Below, piece by piece: positions 13,132 through 25,230 of a DNA stretch of 45,902 nucleotides. Every line of letters begins with the position of its first letter. The stretch's first letter is position 1. The position numbers were made by a program, and so were the translations under genes. The stretch covers positions 1 to 45,902 of the forward strand of contig NW_021835445.1 of assembly GCF_006345805.1 (NCBI RefSeq). Direction: 5' to 3'. Below the pieces are notes generated by a model. The model had not been told where the DNA came from. It searched no databases and saw only the letters and a list, made by a program, of their open reading frames with translations. The stretch is from Octopus sinensis. Lineage: Eukaryota.

Positions 13132-15260
13132 CTGAAATAAGAGAGAAACAACAGTTTAAGACAGAGTGTAGCTTTGGTTATGACAAAGGCTTGGTGTTCA
13201 TTTATATACGACATTTACTGCTACATTTTTTTTAAACAAGGCTTCATGAAAACACAGACTCAATCTTATATGAACATTGTATTTGAGAGGAATTGAAGGT
13301 CTTCAACAGATAACATTGTGTAACAAGATATTTGTCCTTGGGTAGCAATTGCTTTTTCCTACTTGCTAAACGTATCTTTTTATGTGTTCAGTAAGTTAAC
13401 GGAAAGAAACAGGAATCTTTTCGGTTTGACCGGCAGTTTTTTAAAATAATTTCCACGAAACTAAACACTTTTAAACTTCGTATACTGGTAGAATGTGTTT
13501 ATAAAACATCTTTTTCTCTTGGCTTTATTGAGAAAATTCTACAGTTTGTAAGATATTTGTTGTTTTTTTTTTCTTCAATTTCTGCAATTTCAACCAATCA
13601 CTGACGTCTATTGAGGTGAAAACATCCTGTGCCGTATGAATATGTGCCTCGTTTAAGAAACAGATAGGGTTTATTTACATTTCTAAATAAAAAAAAGATA
13701 ACCTTCTGCCACCCCTAACCCTAACACAGATTGAAATGCAATAGATCGATACTAGGGTCATTATTATGGGTGACAATTTCATATGAAACTGCTAGAAAAA
13801 ACTGCCGTTCAAACCGAAAAAATCCTGTGTCTGTTTTGTTTTTGTCTTTTTTTGTATTTATATGTTGTGGAATGTGAACACACAGAGGAACCTGCCCACA
13901 CAGACACAGAGGAACAAGCACTCACACACACACACCCACAGAGGAACAAGCACTCACACACAACCCATTGGCTTTCTCTTCCTAACTGACAATTAACAAG
14001 ACATGTGGTCACGGAAACGACCTTATTAAGTGTTTACATTAGTTCGAGTCAAAACGAAAGATCGCCCTATTTCCTTCAGTTTCTTTCCGATAACTTACCG
14101 AACACATAAAAAGAATCGTTGATGTGAACAATACTGATACATTAATAACAAATATATTATAGAAACGGATGTCCAAATGAGAACTTCAGCTACGACAGAC
14201 AATGGCAGGATATACATATATAACACTTACGTATTATTTATAGACCCAATGTAGAGGAGGAAGGTATCACAATCGATCCATTGTAGACAAAAAGCAGATA
14301 TTATTTAGATCCGGTAAGGACGAGGTCGCAGTATGTTCAGGTAGTGAGAACTTAAGCCAAGGTAGACATTGACAGCTTCGTAAGAAATTCTAGGTTTTAT
14401 TATAGACGTTATGTTTTTAAGATTAGCGTAATAAAGAATTCAGTAGATGATTTCTCTGCATGCTTAGTTAGCAATCACGTCTATCGAATTAAATCTCAGC
14501 TAATTTATCTGTTGAACGGATGTGACCGGTAATATACACGAGGGTCAATCAACAGCAGGGAATGGAAAAATATGGCGGGAGAAAAAGTGTGGGAATTGCT
14601 AGGGGGAAATAACTCTACATTTAAAGAGTTCTTTATTCACACGTAAAGTTATTTAGAGTTCAGTCGGTGTACCAGTTATACGCGGTGAAATATGTTTTAG
14701 GAGTTAATCATTTTTATATCTGTGACAAACGTTGGATATATAATTTGATGAAGTGGGGGTAAAATTAATGTATTTTTCTTTACTACCCACAAGGGGCTAA
14801 ACACAGAGGGGACAATCACGGACAAAGGGATTCAGTCGATTATATCGACCCCAGTGCTTAACTGGTACTCATTTAATCTATTGCTTTTCAATCTGTTTTC
14901 GGCTTAGGGTGGGAGAAAGGGTATTTCTTTTTTCTTCAGAAATGTAAATAAACCCAATCTGTTTCTTAAACGAGGGACATATTCATATGGTACATAATGT
15001 TTTCACATCAATAGACGTCATTGATTGGTTGAAATTGCAGAAAAACAACAACAAATATCTTACAAACAATAGAATTTTCTCAATAAAGCCAAGAGAAAAG
15101 ATGTTTCATAAACACATTCTACCAGTATACGAAGTTTAAAAGTGTTTAGTTACCTAGAAACTATGTTACAAAGTGCCGTTCAAAAGGAAAAGATCCCTAG
15201 ATTCTGACCCCATGTATATCTGTCTAGTGCTTGACTGCTGTTTGACATGACCTGTCTCAC
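13132..15260 (-). other. Putative 5'UTR intron of ZNF-B1 (counterpart of 31225-32262)
   Basis: Donor ACG|GTGAGA at 15260 and acceptor CTGTTGTTTCTCTCTTATTTCAG| at 13132; both are conserved in B2. Confidence 0.5.
13410..13827. mobile_element. ~420 bp MITE; related copies at ~14880-15199 (inverted) and ~31286-31620
   Basis: TIRs CAGGAATCTTTTCGGTTTGACCGGCAGTTTTTT / AAAAAACTGCCGTTCAAACCGAAAAAATCCTG; shared internal block AAACACTTTTAAACTTCGTATACTGGTAGAATGTG. No TSD resolved. Confidence 0.7.
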
Positions 15261-16030
15261 CGTCGCCTTCTTCATCAGTTGCTTGTATGTTCCACCGGAC
15301 TAAATTGGTCGGTGAAGCTAAAAAGTGTAATGGAAATAGCTGGTGGAAAAAAAAATTAGGTTCGCTAATTTTTTATTTACTTAATAGAAAAAAGGTTGTA
15401 AAAGAAGAGTAAATTTAACTTGTTTTCCATTACACTCAAGCAAAAAATTATTTATGAATTTCTTTCTCTTTCGCGTTTTCTAAATATCATTGGGGATAGA
15501 TTAATAACTACCATCGATTTATGTTTTTGATTGGATCTTTATTTTATTGATTCCGAAGCTATGAAAGATAAAATTAACATCGGCCGAATTTCAGCTCAGA
15601 ACAAATTTAAAAATTGCCATTAAGTTTGATACAATACTACAATTTCGTTTCGGTATTCTAAACAAACTAATTCATGTTTTATACACACCCCATTTTTAAC
15701 GGTATTTTTTTCTCAGGGTCGCTTCTGGTGTCTGAGAAGTTCTTTGATCCCTTTTCTGGATGAATTTCTGCTTTTGTATCAAAACTGCAGGGAAAAGGAC
15801 TCCTTCGAAGATAACGATTTAGATTTAATCGTGAGTAAAGTAATAAATTCGTCTTATTTTTTAGATTTAAGTTCGTTTTCTCTTTGTACAAAACATTTTA
15901 TTGTCGCAAATCTTTGGAAATTCAAAATTTGTTTACATTTTACCCATCGTAAATAATATTCTAAACCTGATGAAACGAGGGAAATTAAGTTACTTTCATG
16001 AAATATTCTACAAATACTATTCAGACTGTG

Positions 16031-16246
16031 GGTACTACTAGCGAACAGTGGTCCCGGTGCGCGCACTCGCGCTAGCTAGTCGTAAGTAGTCGATCCTACA
16101 ACGACTTTTTAACCCTAAACCTAACCCTAACCTTAGTTTGTTTATAAAAATAATATATTTACTTAGTTTAAATTATTGTAGGATCGACTACTTACGACTA
16201 GCTTGCGCGAGTGCGCGCACCGGGACCACTGTTCGCTAGTAGTACC
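16031..16246. mobile_element. 216 bp MITE-1, copy in A2 arm
   Basis: Perfect 9 bp TSD CAGACTGTG at 16022-16030 and 16247-16255; GG...CC termini; long TIRs. Confidence 0.85.
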
Positions 16247-16950
16247 CAGACTGTGTATATTACGATTATATTGGAATTTAATATGATGAAATACATTTGC
16301 TGGGTTCCTACCCACACATAACTGACACACGTCACATTGTATGGGTGGTGGAGCATTTGTTAATTAAGTATTGCACATAATTAATTTACCATTATTATTA
16401 TTAGTTTCCGAGTTCAAATTCCGCCAAGGTCCACTTTCCCTTTTTCCAAATAAAATATAAATGAACGGTTGTGATTTCTAACCGTTTTTTAACCTGGGGT
16501 ACTCTGTGACGAACTTTGGGACTGCAGCATGGCAGTTTGTGAAGAAGCAGCAGAAGAACTCAGCTGAACCAACAATGCTTCTTATATTGATGCTGGGCAG
16601 AGGGAACCTTGTAGTTCAGGGGTCAGGATCACCAGGCTCTATGAAGAGAGTAACTGCAACGTATCCATGGTTGTGTAATCAGCTAAAGAAAGATTCACAA
16701 TGTCTCAGGCATTCAAATTCAAATTCACGTTAATGGAATTGGATGGTGACAGGGAATCTTGGGAATTCAAGAAAGGAGTGAAATGAAGGAAGAAAATGGG
16801 TGTGCTTATTAGATTTGTGTGTTGGGAATCAAAATTCTTACCACACAACCATCCCTGCACCTCTATGGACATGTCTATATAAAAATGTAGTAAAACTTTC
16901 ACTGTTTTAATCTCTCTAATTCCTAATTATCTTGTATGTTTTACACTGTT

Positions 16951-16968
16951 GTTTCTCTTTCGTTTCAG
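16951..16968 (+). other. Putative splice acceptor of the type-A coding exon (also 40948 +, ~7263 -, ~29622 -)
   Basis: CTGTTGTTTCTCTTTCGTTTCAG|ATTAT, homologous to the type-B acceptor CTGTTGTTTCTCTCTTATTTCAG|AATAT. Confidence 0.5.
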
Positions 16969-17545
16969 ATTATAGGATGACCTCAGCATCACAGGATTTT
17001 AATATAAACTACATCATTAGTATTGAACGTCTTACTCATAACACGTATAAACCTGTTTCTATAAATATATACTGAATTACTGCAAAATATATCTTCTGAA
17101 CTCTGACATATATGTAGCAAAATTTCTCTTCTTTATTGTCTGGAATACACAGAAAATTATATTTGTATTTGAATTAATCCTGTAACATTTGAACTGGGCA
17201 TACCATTCCCAAATATTCTGCATATTCTATGTTAAAATTGCCTACATCTGGCCTCTTACACTCACCCTGCAATGTCATTCTAAACATAAAGAATCAAATC
17301 GTTGAAATCTTAAAGCAATAAGATAATGAATGATTAATTCAGTAGAATTTGAATAAATAAGCATTAAATTTGACAGAGTAATCTGAATGTTAATGAGTTA
17401 AAGCAATTAAGAAGGCAGTTTGCAGCATCTTCAGATATTAACAAAGAACACTTTTGATGGAGATATATCAGTAGAAATATTTGTTAAGAGCAATATACGA
17501 GAAGAAGGAAAACATTTGTGTACTGTGACAAGAGAAAGGAAAATT

Positions 17546-19093
17546 ATGGAAAATGAATTATATCGGAGTGAAGTTGAATGTAAAAGTGAGTCTGAAGAAA
17601 TTGAATTTTCTGACGAGGAGAAGAATGAAAAGGGCAAAATATCATATCATTGTGATATCTGTGGTAAATCCTTCTCTGTAATCGTTATTTAACTAGGCAC
17701 AAGCGTGTTCATACAGCAAAGAAGCCATATCAGTGTGATATCTGTGGTAAATCATTTTCTCAAATGAATGGCTTGACTCATCACAAACATACACATACAG
17801 GAGAGAAGCCATATCATTGTGATATCTGTGGTAAATCTTTCTCTCGAAATGATCACATAACTATTCACAAACGTATTCATACAGGAGAGAAGCCATATCA
17901 TTGTGATATCTGTGGTAAATCATTTTTTCAAAAAATTAATTTGACTGACCACAATTGTATTCATACAGGAGAGAAGCCATATCATTGTGATATCTGTGGT
18001 AAATCTTTCTCTCGAAATGATCACATAACTATTCACAAACGTATTCATACAGGAGAGAAGCCATATCATTGTGATATCTGTGGTAAATCCTTTTCTCAAA
18101 AAATTAATTTGACTGACCACAATTGTATTCATACAGGAGAGAAGCCATATCATTGTGATATCTGTGGTAAATCTTTCTCTCGAAATGATCACATAACTAT
18201 TCACAAACGTATTCATACAGGAGAGAAGCCATATCATTGTGATATTTGTGGTGAATCATTTTCTCAAAATGGTCACCTGACTAGGCACAAACACATTCAT
18301 ACAGGAGAGAAGCCATATCAGTGTGATATCTGTGGTAAATCCTTCTCTGGAGAGAAGCCATATTAAACATGTGGCAAATCATTTGCTTATAGAAGCAGCG
18401 TAACTACTTCCTTAAACCTTCATGAGAGACAAACCATACCAGTCATCTGTCATCAGAATAAGTCCCGGGGTGAAGTTGCTCGATTAAACGTGGTGCTCCA
18501 GCATGGCCGCAGTCAAATGACTGAAACAAGGAAAAGAGTAAAGAGTAACTGGTAACTTAACTAAGCACAAGCGTGTTCATACAGAAGAGAAGCCATATCA
18601 GTGTGATATCTGTGGTAAAGCCTTCTCTGGAAGTAATCATGTAACTGCTCATAAACGTGTTCATACTGAAGAGAAGCCACATTGCTGTGATATTTGTGGT
18701 AAATCATTTTCTCAAAGGAATGGCTTGACTCATCACAAACATACACATACAGGAGTAAAGCCATATCCTTGTGATATCTGTGGTAAATCATTTTCTCAAA
18801 AAATTAATTTGACTGACCACAAACGTATTCATACTGGGGAAAAACCATATCATTGTGATATCTGTGGTAAATCCTTCTCTCATAGTGGCTACTTGTCTAA
18901 ACATAAACATATTCATACAGGAGAGAGGCCACATTGCTGTGATATTTGTGGTAAATCTTTCTCTCAAAGGAATGGCTTGACTCATCACAAACATACACAT
19001 ACAGGAGAAAAACCATATCCTTGTGATATCTGTGATAAATCATTTTCTCAAAGGGGAACCTTGACTAGACACAAACGCATTCATACAAAATAA
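17546..19093 (+). pseudogene. ZNF-A2: disrupted C2H2 zinc-finger gene (~15 finger units)
   Basis: MENELY leader (ATG at 17546). A 1 bp loss in finger 1 (TCTGTAATCGT vs TCTGTATATCGT in A4) gives a stop at 17692, and a 197 bp insertion at 18350-18546 interrupts a later finger. Confidence 0.85.
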
Positions 19094-19644
19094 GTCACAT
19101 CACTGTAATACCTGTGGTAAATCATTTTCCAAAAACAGCACTTTGTCTAGTCTCAAATGGTTTCATACATGAGAGAAGCCATATCATTGAAACATGTGGC
19201 AAATCATTTGCTTATAGAAGCAGCATAACTACTTCCTTAAACCTTCATGAGAGACAAACCATACCAGTCATCTGTCATCATTGTTCTCCATGTCCACATT
19301 TGCCAATCTCTCATTGGTGAGATGATATTTATTGAGGTGAATTTTTCACTGTCCAGATGCCCTTCCTGTTGCCAACCTTCACCTGTTTCAAACTAAAATA
19401 TTTCCCCATGACCTGACATGTTTTTGTGGCAGATTGGCGATGGACATTGCTTGCATGGCAGTGACACCCACAACTATCACACAGTCTCCAGGCAAGGATA
19501 TAGTAACACACACACACATTCATAAGCCCCTCACACTTCTATGAAACATCCCCCTCTATCCTCTGTACCACTAATATTCCCCCACCACCACTACCTTTTG
19601 TGTATGTCCTCATACATCTCCATCACCATCCATTTCTCTCTATA

Positions 19645-19865
19645 TACTCTTTACTCTTTTACTTGTTTCAGTCATTTGACTGCGGCCATGCTGGAGCACC
19701 GCCTTTAATCGAGCAACTTCACCCCGGGACTTATTCTGTTTTAAGCCCAGTACTTATTCTATCGGTCTCCTTTGCTGAACTGCTAAGTGACGGGGATGTA
19801 AACACTCCAGCATCGGTTGTCAAGCAATGCTAGGGGGACAAACACAGACACATAAACACACACAC

Positions 19866-19915
<50 letters not shown>

Positions 19916-20042
19916 GACAGGCTTCTTTCAGTTTCCTTCTACCAAATCCACTCACAAGGATTTGGTCGGCCCGAGACTATAGCAGAAGACACTTGCCCAA
20001 GATGCTACGCAGTGGGACTGAACCCGGAACCATGTGGTTGGT
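19645..20042 (-). mobile_element. SINE family 1 (probably chimeric)
   Basis: Family-1 tail and head in reverse; its two ends resemble different copies in the A4 flank. Confidence 0.8.
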
Positions 20043-20050
20043 TATATATA

Positions 20051-20598
20051 GACCAAAATGACCTGACACATTTGGAGGCTTAATAAAAGCACAAAATAAG
20101 AAATAATGGAAAGAAATATTTTATTTTCTGAATGTACATATAATGCCATTTTATTTCATTAAGTTTTAAAAATTAAATCAGCTAATAGCCTCCCATCATT
20201 GTCAACAAACTGTTGGAGACGTTCATGAAAGTTATCGATAGTTCTATGGATCATTTCTTCTGGAGTGGTGATATGGGATTTCTTCTTGTGGGGATATTTA
20301 AAATCAAAAGTATTCAGTCATCGCCTTCAATCTATTTATGGATTAAAACATGCAATTTGTGTAGAAATAGCAACCCTTCCAGGAGAAATGATCCATAGAG
20401 TTATCGATAACTTTCATGAACGTCTCAAACAATGTGTTGACAATGATGGAGGCTTTTAGCTGATTTAATTTTTAAAACTTAATGAAATAAAATGGCATTA
20501 TATGTACATTTAGAAAATAAAATATTTTATTTCCATTATTTCATATTTTGTGCTTTTATTAAGCCTCCAAATGTGTCAGGTCATTTTGGTCCACCCTG
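20051..20598 (+). mobile_element. Tc1/mariner-derived foldback element with transposase C-terminal remnant
   Basis: ORF 20265-20459 reads DFFLWGYLKSKVF...LKHAICVEIATLPGEMIHRVIDNFHERLKQCVDNDGG (mariner-like C-terminus). Right end is TTTGGTCCACCCTG|TA; ~215 bp inverted arms. Confidence 0.8.
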
Positions 20599-21075
20599 TA
20601 TATTTGTATGTATGTATATATATATATGTGTATGTGTGTGTTCCATTCAATCTTATGCCAACTTTACTAATGTAGATATGAAATCTAGTTGTAAAGAAAT
20701 TAACGATATTAATTTTAATTTAAACACCAAAATATTACAGAGTAACCATTATTTAATCCCCTATTTTCATTCTAAAGGTAAATTTATGTCTTTCAAAAAT
20801 AATTACACTTAAAATAAGATAACTAATTGTAAAACAATTTGGTTAATTATTCCATATGGGAGGCAAATTAAATCTAATCTTCCATTGCAGTTTCGTGAAG
20901 CTATTATTAGGAATTTTCCAAAGAATTCTAGGTATTACTCTAGAGGTCGACTTTGCTTTATGCTGGACTGCATAATGCTTATTTTTTCTGTATAAATTTA
21001 CTAAAACCATTAAATGGTTAACTACTTTCTGAAGTTTCACGTCTGTGCTAGTAATCACGGTGTGGACCATATTTT

Positions 21076-21271
21076 ACTGATATATATTACTATGCATTCT
21101 GAAGTAGGTGGTTTCTACACAGACGGTCGACATTTCAATCAAGTTCCTTATTGGTATACTAATGCCTTCTTTTAGATGGGTGTGTGTCACTAGTTTTTCT
21201 TGAATCACTGATAGTGCTTCATCAGTTCAGACTTTGGTGAACAGACTTATCACATCTAGACTCACCATCTG
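21076..21271 (-). mobile_element. Penelope-like reverse transcriptase fragment (partial second copy at ~45805-45902)
   Basis: Minus-strand translation QMVSLDVISLFTKV*TDEALSVIQEKL...LIEMSTVCVETTYF...IYQ matches the PLE RT 'MVSFDVxSLFTxVP...TYF...YxQ' segment; it has an in-frame stop. Confidence 0.65.
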
Positions 21272-22390
21272 GTCGACTTTCCTTTATTCTGGATGGTATA
21301 ATGCTTTTTTTTTTCTTTATAAATTTACTAAAACCATTAAATGGTTAACTACTTTCTGAAGTTTCACGTTGATGCTTGTAATCATAGTCTGGGCCATAGT
21401 TTACTGTATCTAACATCACCATCAACATCATAATTCACCCTTGTGCATGTAAACTCCCTAAGTAAATATGACGTAGCATTCCTACAGAAACCTTCATTTA
21501 CCTTATACAATGTTTAATGTCGGTTCACATTCATGTTGAATTATGCAGCAGTCTTATGTTCTCTTCATAGAACACTTGTAATTTAGGTATTACCAGTTCT
21601 TTTGGTATTGTAGATCTTTGCTATTCTTGTTCATGTCTCCTCACAGACGGGTATATTCTAACAAGTCACTTCTTAAACTTCCCACCTCTCTTGTTCAATA
21701 AACACTGAGTTAAACTTGCAAAGCTGTTTATTTTCTCCTTTCAATTTTTATTGTTTATTTCAGCAGGTTACCAAACTATCAGTTTCGTCTCCCGGCTAAA
21801 ACAGTTGTGACAGATTTTAAAGTTTGTTTGACATTTTAGAAGTGTGAAAGGGATTAAAATTTCGATACTCCATATCAAAGGTTCCGACAAGAATAGGCAG
21901 AAAATCAGAGCTTGAGACAAGAAGACACTTTCGACCAATCAGAATTCTGTTTACATAATCAATTCGATTGGACACCTTCCTCTGTCATTTGAGCAAAGTG
22001 TCATCGAAGCTGATGTTTATTGGTAATTAAACTTAATTTGCAACACCTGTGCATATTTTTCAGCTTTGTTTTTGTTGATAAGAACTGGCAACAACTTTTC
22101 CTATGATTGTGATTTCGGAAGACCTACAGAAGTATGCTGAAGATCGGACATAATCTCTTGAGGGCAAGAAACCTCTATATATATAAACGGCAAAATGTCT
22201 GTGTGTGTGTCCTTTATACAAATCCACAATTTTTCAGTTAGAGGGCTTGCACTTTCTAAGGTCATTCAAAACCTGCAAAGCCATTAAAAAATCAATAGAA
22301 GTGGTTTTTTGTGAATTTTCTATCCAAAACCCAATCAAAATACCTGAAACATGATACGCCAATTGAATGCCAGCTAGCTGTATGGTTGTT

Positions 22391-22676
22391 CCTGCTTGAG
22401 CCATGCCTGGCCCATAAGGCCGGTTTCCCGGTTTCTTGGTGTATAGGTTCCCCACCTGGATGGGACACCGGTCCATCGCAGGTGAGCTGCAAGATGCAGG
22501 AGGATAGAGTGAGAGAGAGAAAGAGTCAGCAGAAGTTTCGCCGTTACCTCCTACCGGAGCCACGTGGAGCTTGGGTGTTTCGCTCATAAACACACACATC
22601 GCCTGGTCTGAGATTTCAACCCGCGATCCCTCGACCGCAAGTCTGCTGCTCTAACCACTAGGCCATGTGCCTCCAC
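22391..22676 (-). mobile_element. tRNA-derived SINE (family 2)
   Basis: Same A/B-box head and body as 9904-10185 and 35235-35516. Confidence 0.85.
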
Positions 22677-24067
22677 TGCTAGCTGTATGTGATTGGTTAG
22701 AGATTTGGACAGTACTCACGTGTATGTGTGCAGGCACGCAGCTGTATATGCATGCACAAGCACTATGACCCGGTGTTGCCAGGTCATAGCGCTTGTGTAA
22801 AATAAAGTTTATTATAAACAACACAAACTCTTCAGAATTTAATAACTTTCAATGTGATACCTGTTAAACAAATTATTTTTAAATAGTGAAAATTTAATAA
22901 AATCTAATCATGAGTAAGTGAAATTATGCTAAATACAACTAAATTGGAAACCTTTACTCTCTGGCTAACAATTGGGTGTGAATTTTACACGAGTAGAAGT
23001 TCCTTTTTAACAGTTTTTATCTAGAAAATTACCTGAGTAAATTACACAGGTGTGCAAATTACATGTGTTTTTATGGTGTACATATATATATATAGGTTAT
23101 AAGAGGTACTGGTGTCATTGAGACCCAAAGGTGTCAGGTAATGTTGAATGAGTGCTATAGACACCATAGTTAAGTTCCAGGTTCGGTAATTTTGTGAAGG
23201 GGTTTCAACATTGGTCACATGTCAGCATGTGTATATAAGAATTGTTTGCGTAATGAGATAAAGAACCAAGGCTGTGTAGATATGAGAACATTTATAGATA
23301 GAAGGTCTATAAATGTTATAATATCTACACAGCCTTGGTTTTGTTTATCTCCTTACGCAAAAAATTCTTATATATATAAGTATGCATATACATGTATATA
23401 TATATATATATCTAATGTAGGATAAAATTTTTTTTTGAAAAAAATTTTATCAATGACCAGCATATTAAAAAATACCTTTAAAGGTTAAATTTATAAACAA
23501 TTCATAAAAAGGGCAAACGAAAAAATTTCTAATGCCAAATATGCCGAAAAATTGGACATATTGTCCATTAACCATATAATTTTTTCACAATATGCCCGCT
23601 ACTCGAAAAAAGGTCGACAGAAATTTCAGGCTTAGCTCGTAACAGCCCTCCCTTTGTCAGTGATACGTATGGCAAAAGAAATAAATGAGATACCTACTCA
23701 TACCCATGAAAGAAGCATACACTAAGTCATGAGCACAACTAAGTACCCCAAATACATCCAAAATAGAAATACTCCAGACCATTCGAGACAAATGCAATTT
23801 GAACTGAGGCTCTCACAGAGTGAGAGAGTCTGGAAGTGAACGCTTAAATTTATATCTAATTTAGGATTAAATTTTTTTCGAAAAAAATTTACATAATATT
23901 GAGGTCTCTTTCTTTCTTTTGTTATCTTACCAATATATATGTATGTATATATATATATATGTCAGTGGTTAGAGCATTGAGCTTATGATTGTGAGGTTGT
24001 GAGTTCAAATCCCGAAATGCATATTTCGCATTAGAAATGTTTTCGTTTGCCCATTTTATGAACTGTA

Positions 24068-24620
24068 TAATATATATACATGTATATTTATATATATACA
24101 TGTATACTTATATATATTTATAGATATATATATATAATATATATACATGTATATTTTATATATATATATTATACATGTATATTTATATATATATACATGT
24201 ATATTTTTATATATATATATATATACATGTTTCTATATATATATATTATATATATATATATATACATACATATATATATATACATGTATATATATATATA
24301 TATATATATCTATATATATTACATACATAATATATATACATGTATATATATATATATATATATACAATATATTATACATGTATATATATATATATATATA
24401 CATACACATATATATATATACATGTATATATATATACATATATATATACATGTATATAATATATATATACATGTATATATATATATATATATACATGTAT
24501 ATATATTATATATATATACATGTATATATATATACATATATGTATGTATATATATATATGTGTATATAATATGTATATATATATATCTATATATATGTGT
24601 ATATATGTATATTTATTATA
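24068..24620. repeat. ~550 bp compound (TA)n array punctuated by TACATGTA
   Basis: Direct reading; source of the 204 aa YI-repeat ORF. Confidence 0.95.
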
Positions 24621-24621
24621 C

Positions 24622-24779
24622 TATAAGGGACATTAGCCAACTGAATATGGCTAGGGACAGGGCAGGGTGGTGGGGGTGTCACTGTTGCATTTAGCCCCAG
24701 GCGAACATCAACGTCACCAGATAGGCCGACGTCCCCTGCCCTGTCCCTAGCCATATTCAGTTGGCTAATGTCCCTTATA
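24622..24779. repeat. Hairpin/MITE: perfect 46 bp inverted arms, 66 bp spacer
   Basis: TATAAGGGACATTAGCCAACTGAATATGGCTAGGGACAGGGCAGGG at 24622-24667 and its reverse complement at 24734-24779. Confidence 0.9.
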
Positions 24780-24834
24780 TTATGGAGCAGTCACTGTCTA
24801 TATCTCATTTAGAGAATTATTATTGCTATATTTA

Positions 24835-25195
24835 TACTCTTTTACATATTTCAGTCATATGACTGCCATGCTGCAGCACCGCCTCTAGTCGAGCAAATCG
24901 ACCCCGGGACTTTTTCTATGTAAGCTCAGTACTTATTCTATCGGTCTCTTTTGCTGAACCACTAAGTGACGGTGACGTAAACACACCAGCATCGGTTGTC
25001 AAGCAATGCTAGGGGTCAAACACAGACATACACACACACATATATATATACAACAGGCTTCTTTCGGTTTCTGTCTACCAAATCCACTCACAGGGCATTG
25101 GTCTGCCCGGGGCTATAGTAGAAGACACTTACCCAAGATGCCACGCAGTGGGACTGAACCCGGAACCATGTGGTTGGTTAGCAAGCTACTTACCA
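24835..25195 (-). mobile_element. SINE family 1
   Basis: Reverse complement of the family-1 consensus seen in other copies. Confidence 0.8.
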
Positions 25196-25230
25196 TGTGT
25201 ATATAGATATGTGTGTATATACATATATAT

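Larger units (their letters stand above)
8739..15506 (-). other. Type-B cassette, copy 1 (unique sequence between inverted type-A arms)
   Basis: Reverse complement of 30961-36856 apart from indels; bounded on both sides by the arm terminus GTCGATGGTAGT / ACTACCATCGA. Confidence 0.85.

Noticed and set aside
17812-18231. Regularly spaced repeats resembling a CRISPR array
   Set aside because: They are coding 84 bp zinc-finger units in a eukaryotic context, with no cas genes or unique spacers.
24080-24694. 204 aa and overlapping YI-repeat ORFs (also 639-1124, 1751-1988, 2137-2519, 3315-3506, 39592-39897)
   Set aside because: Translations of (TA)n/(CA)n microsatellites, which lack stops in some frames.
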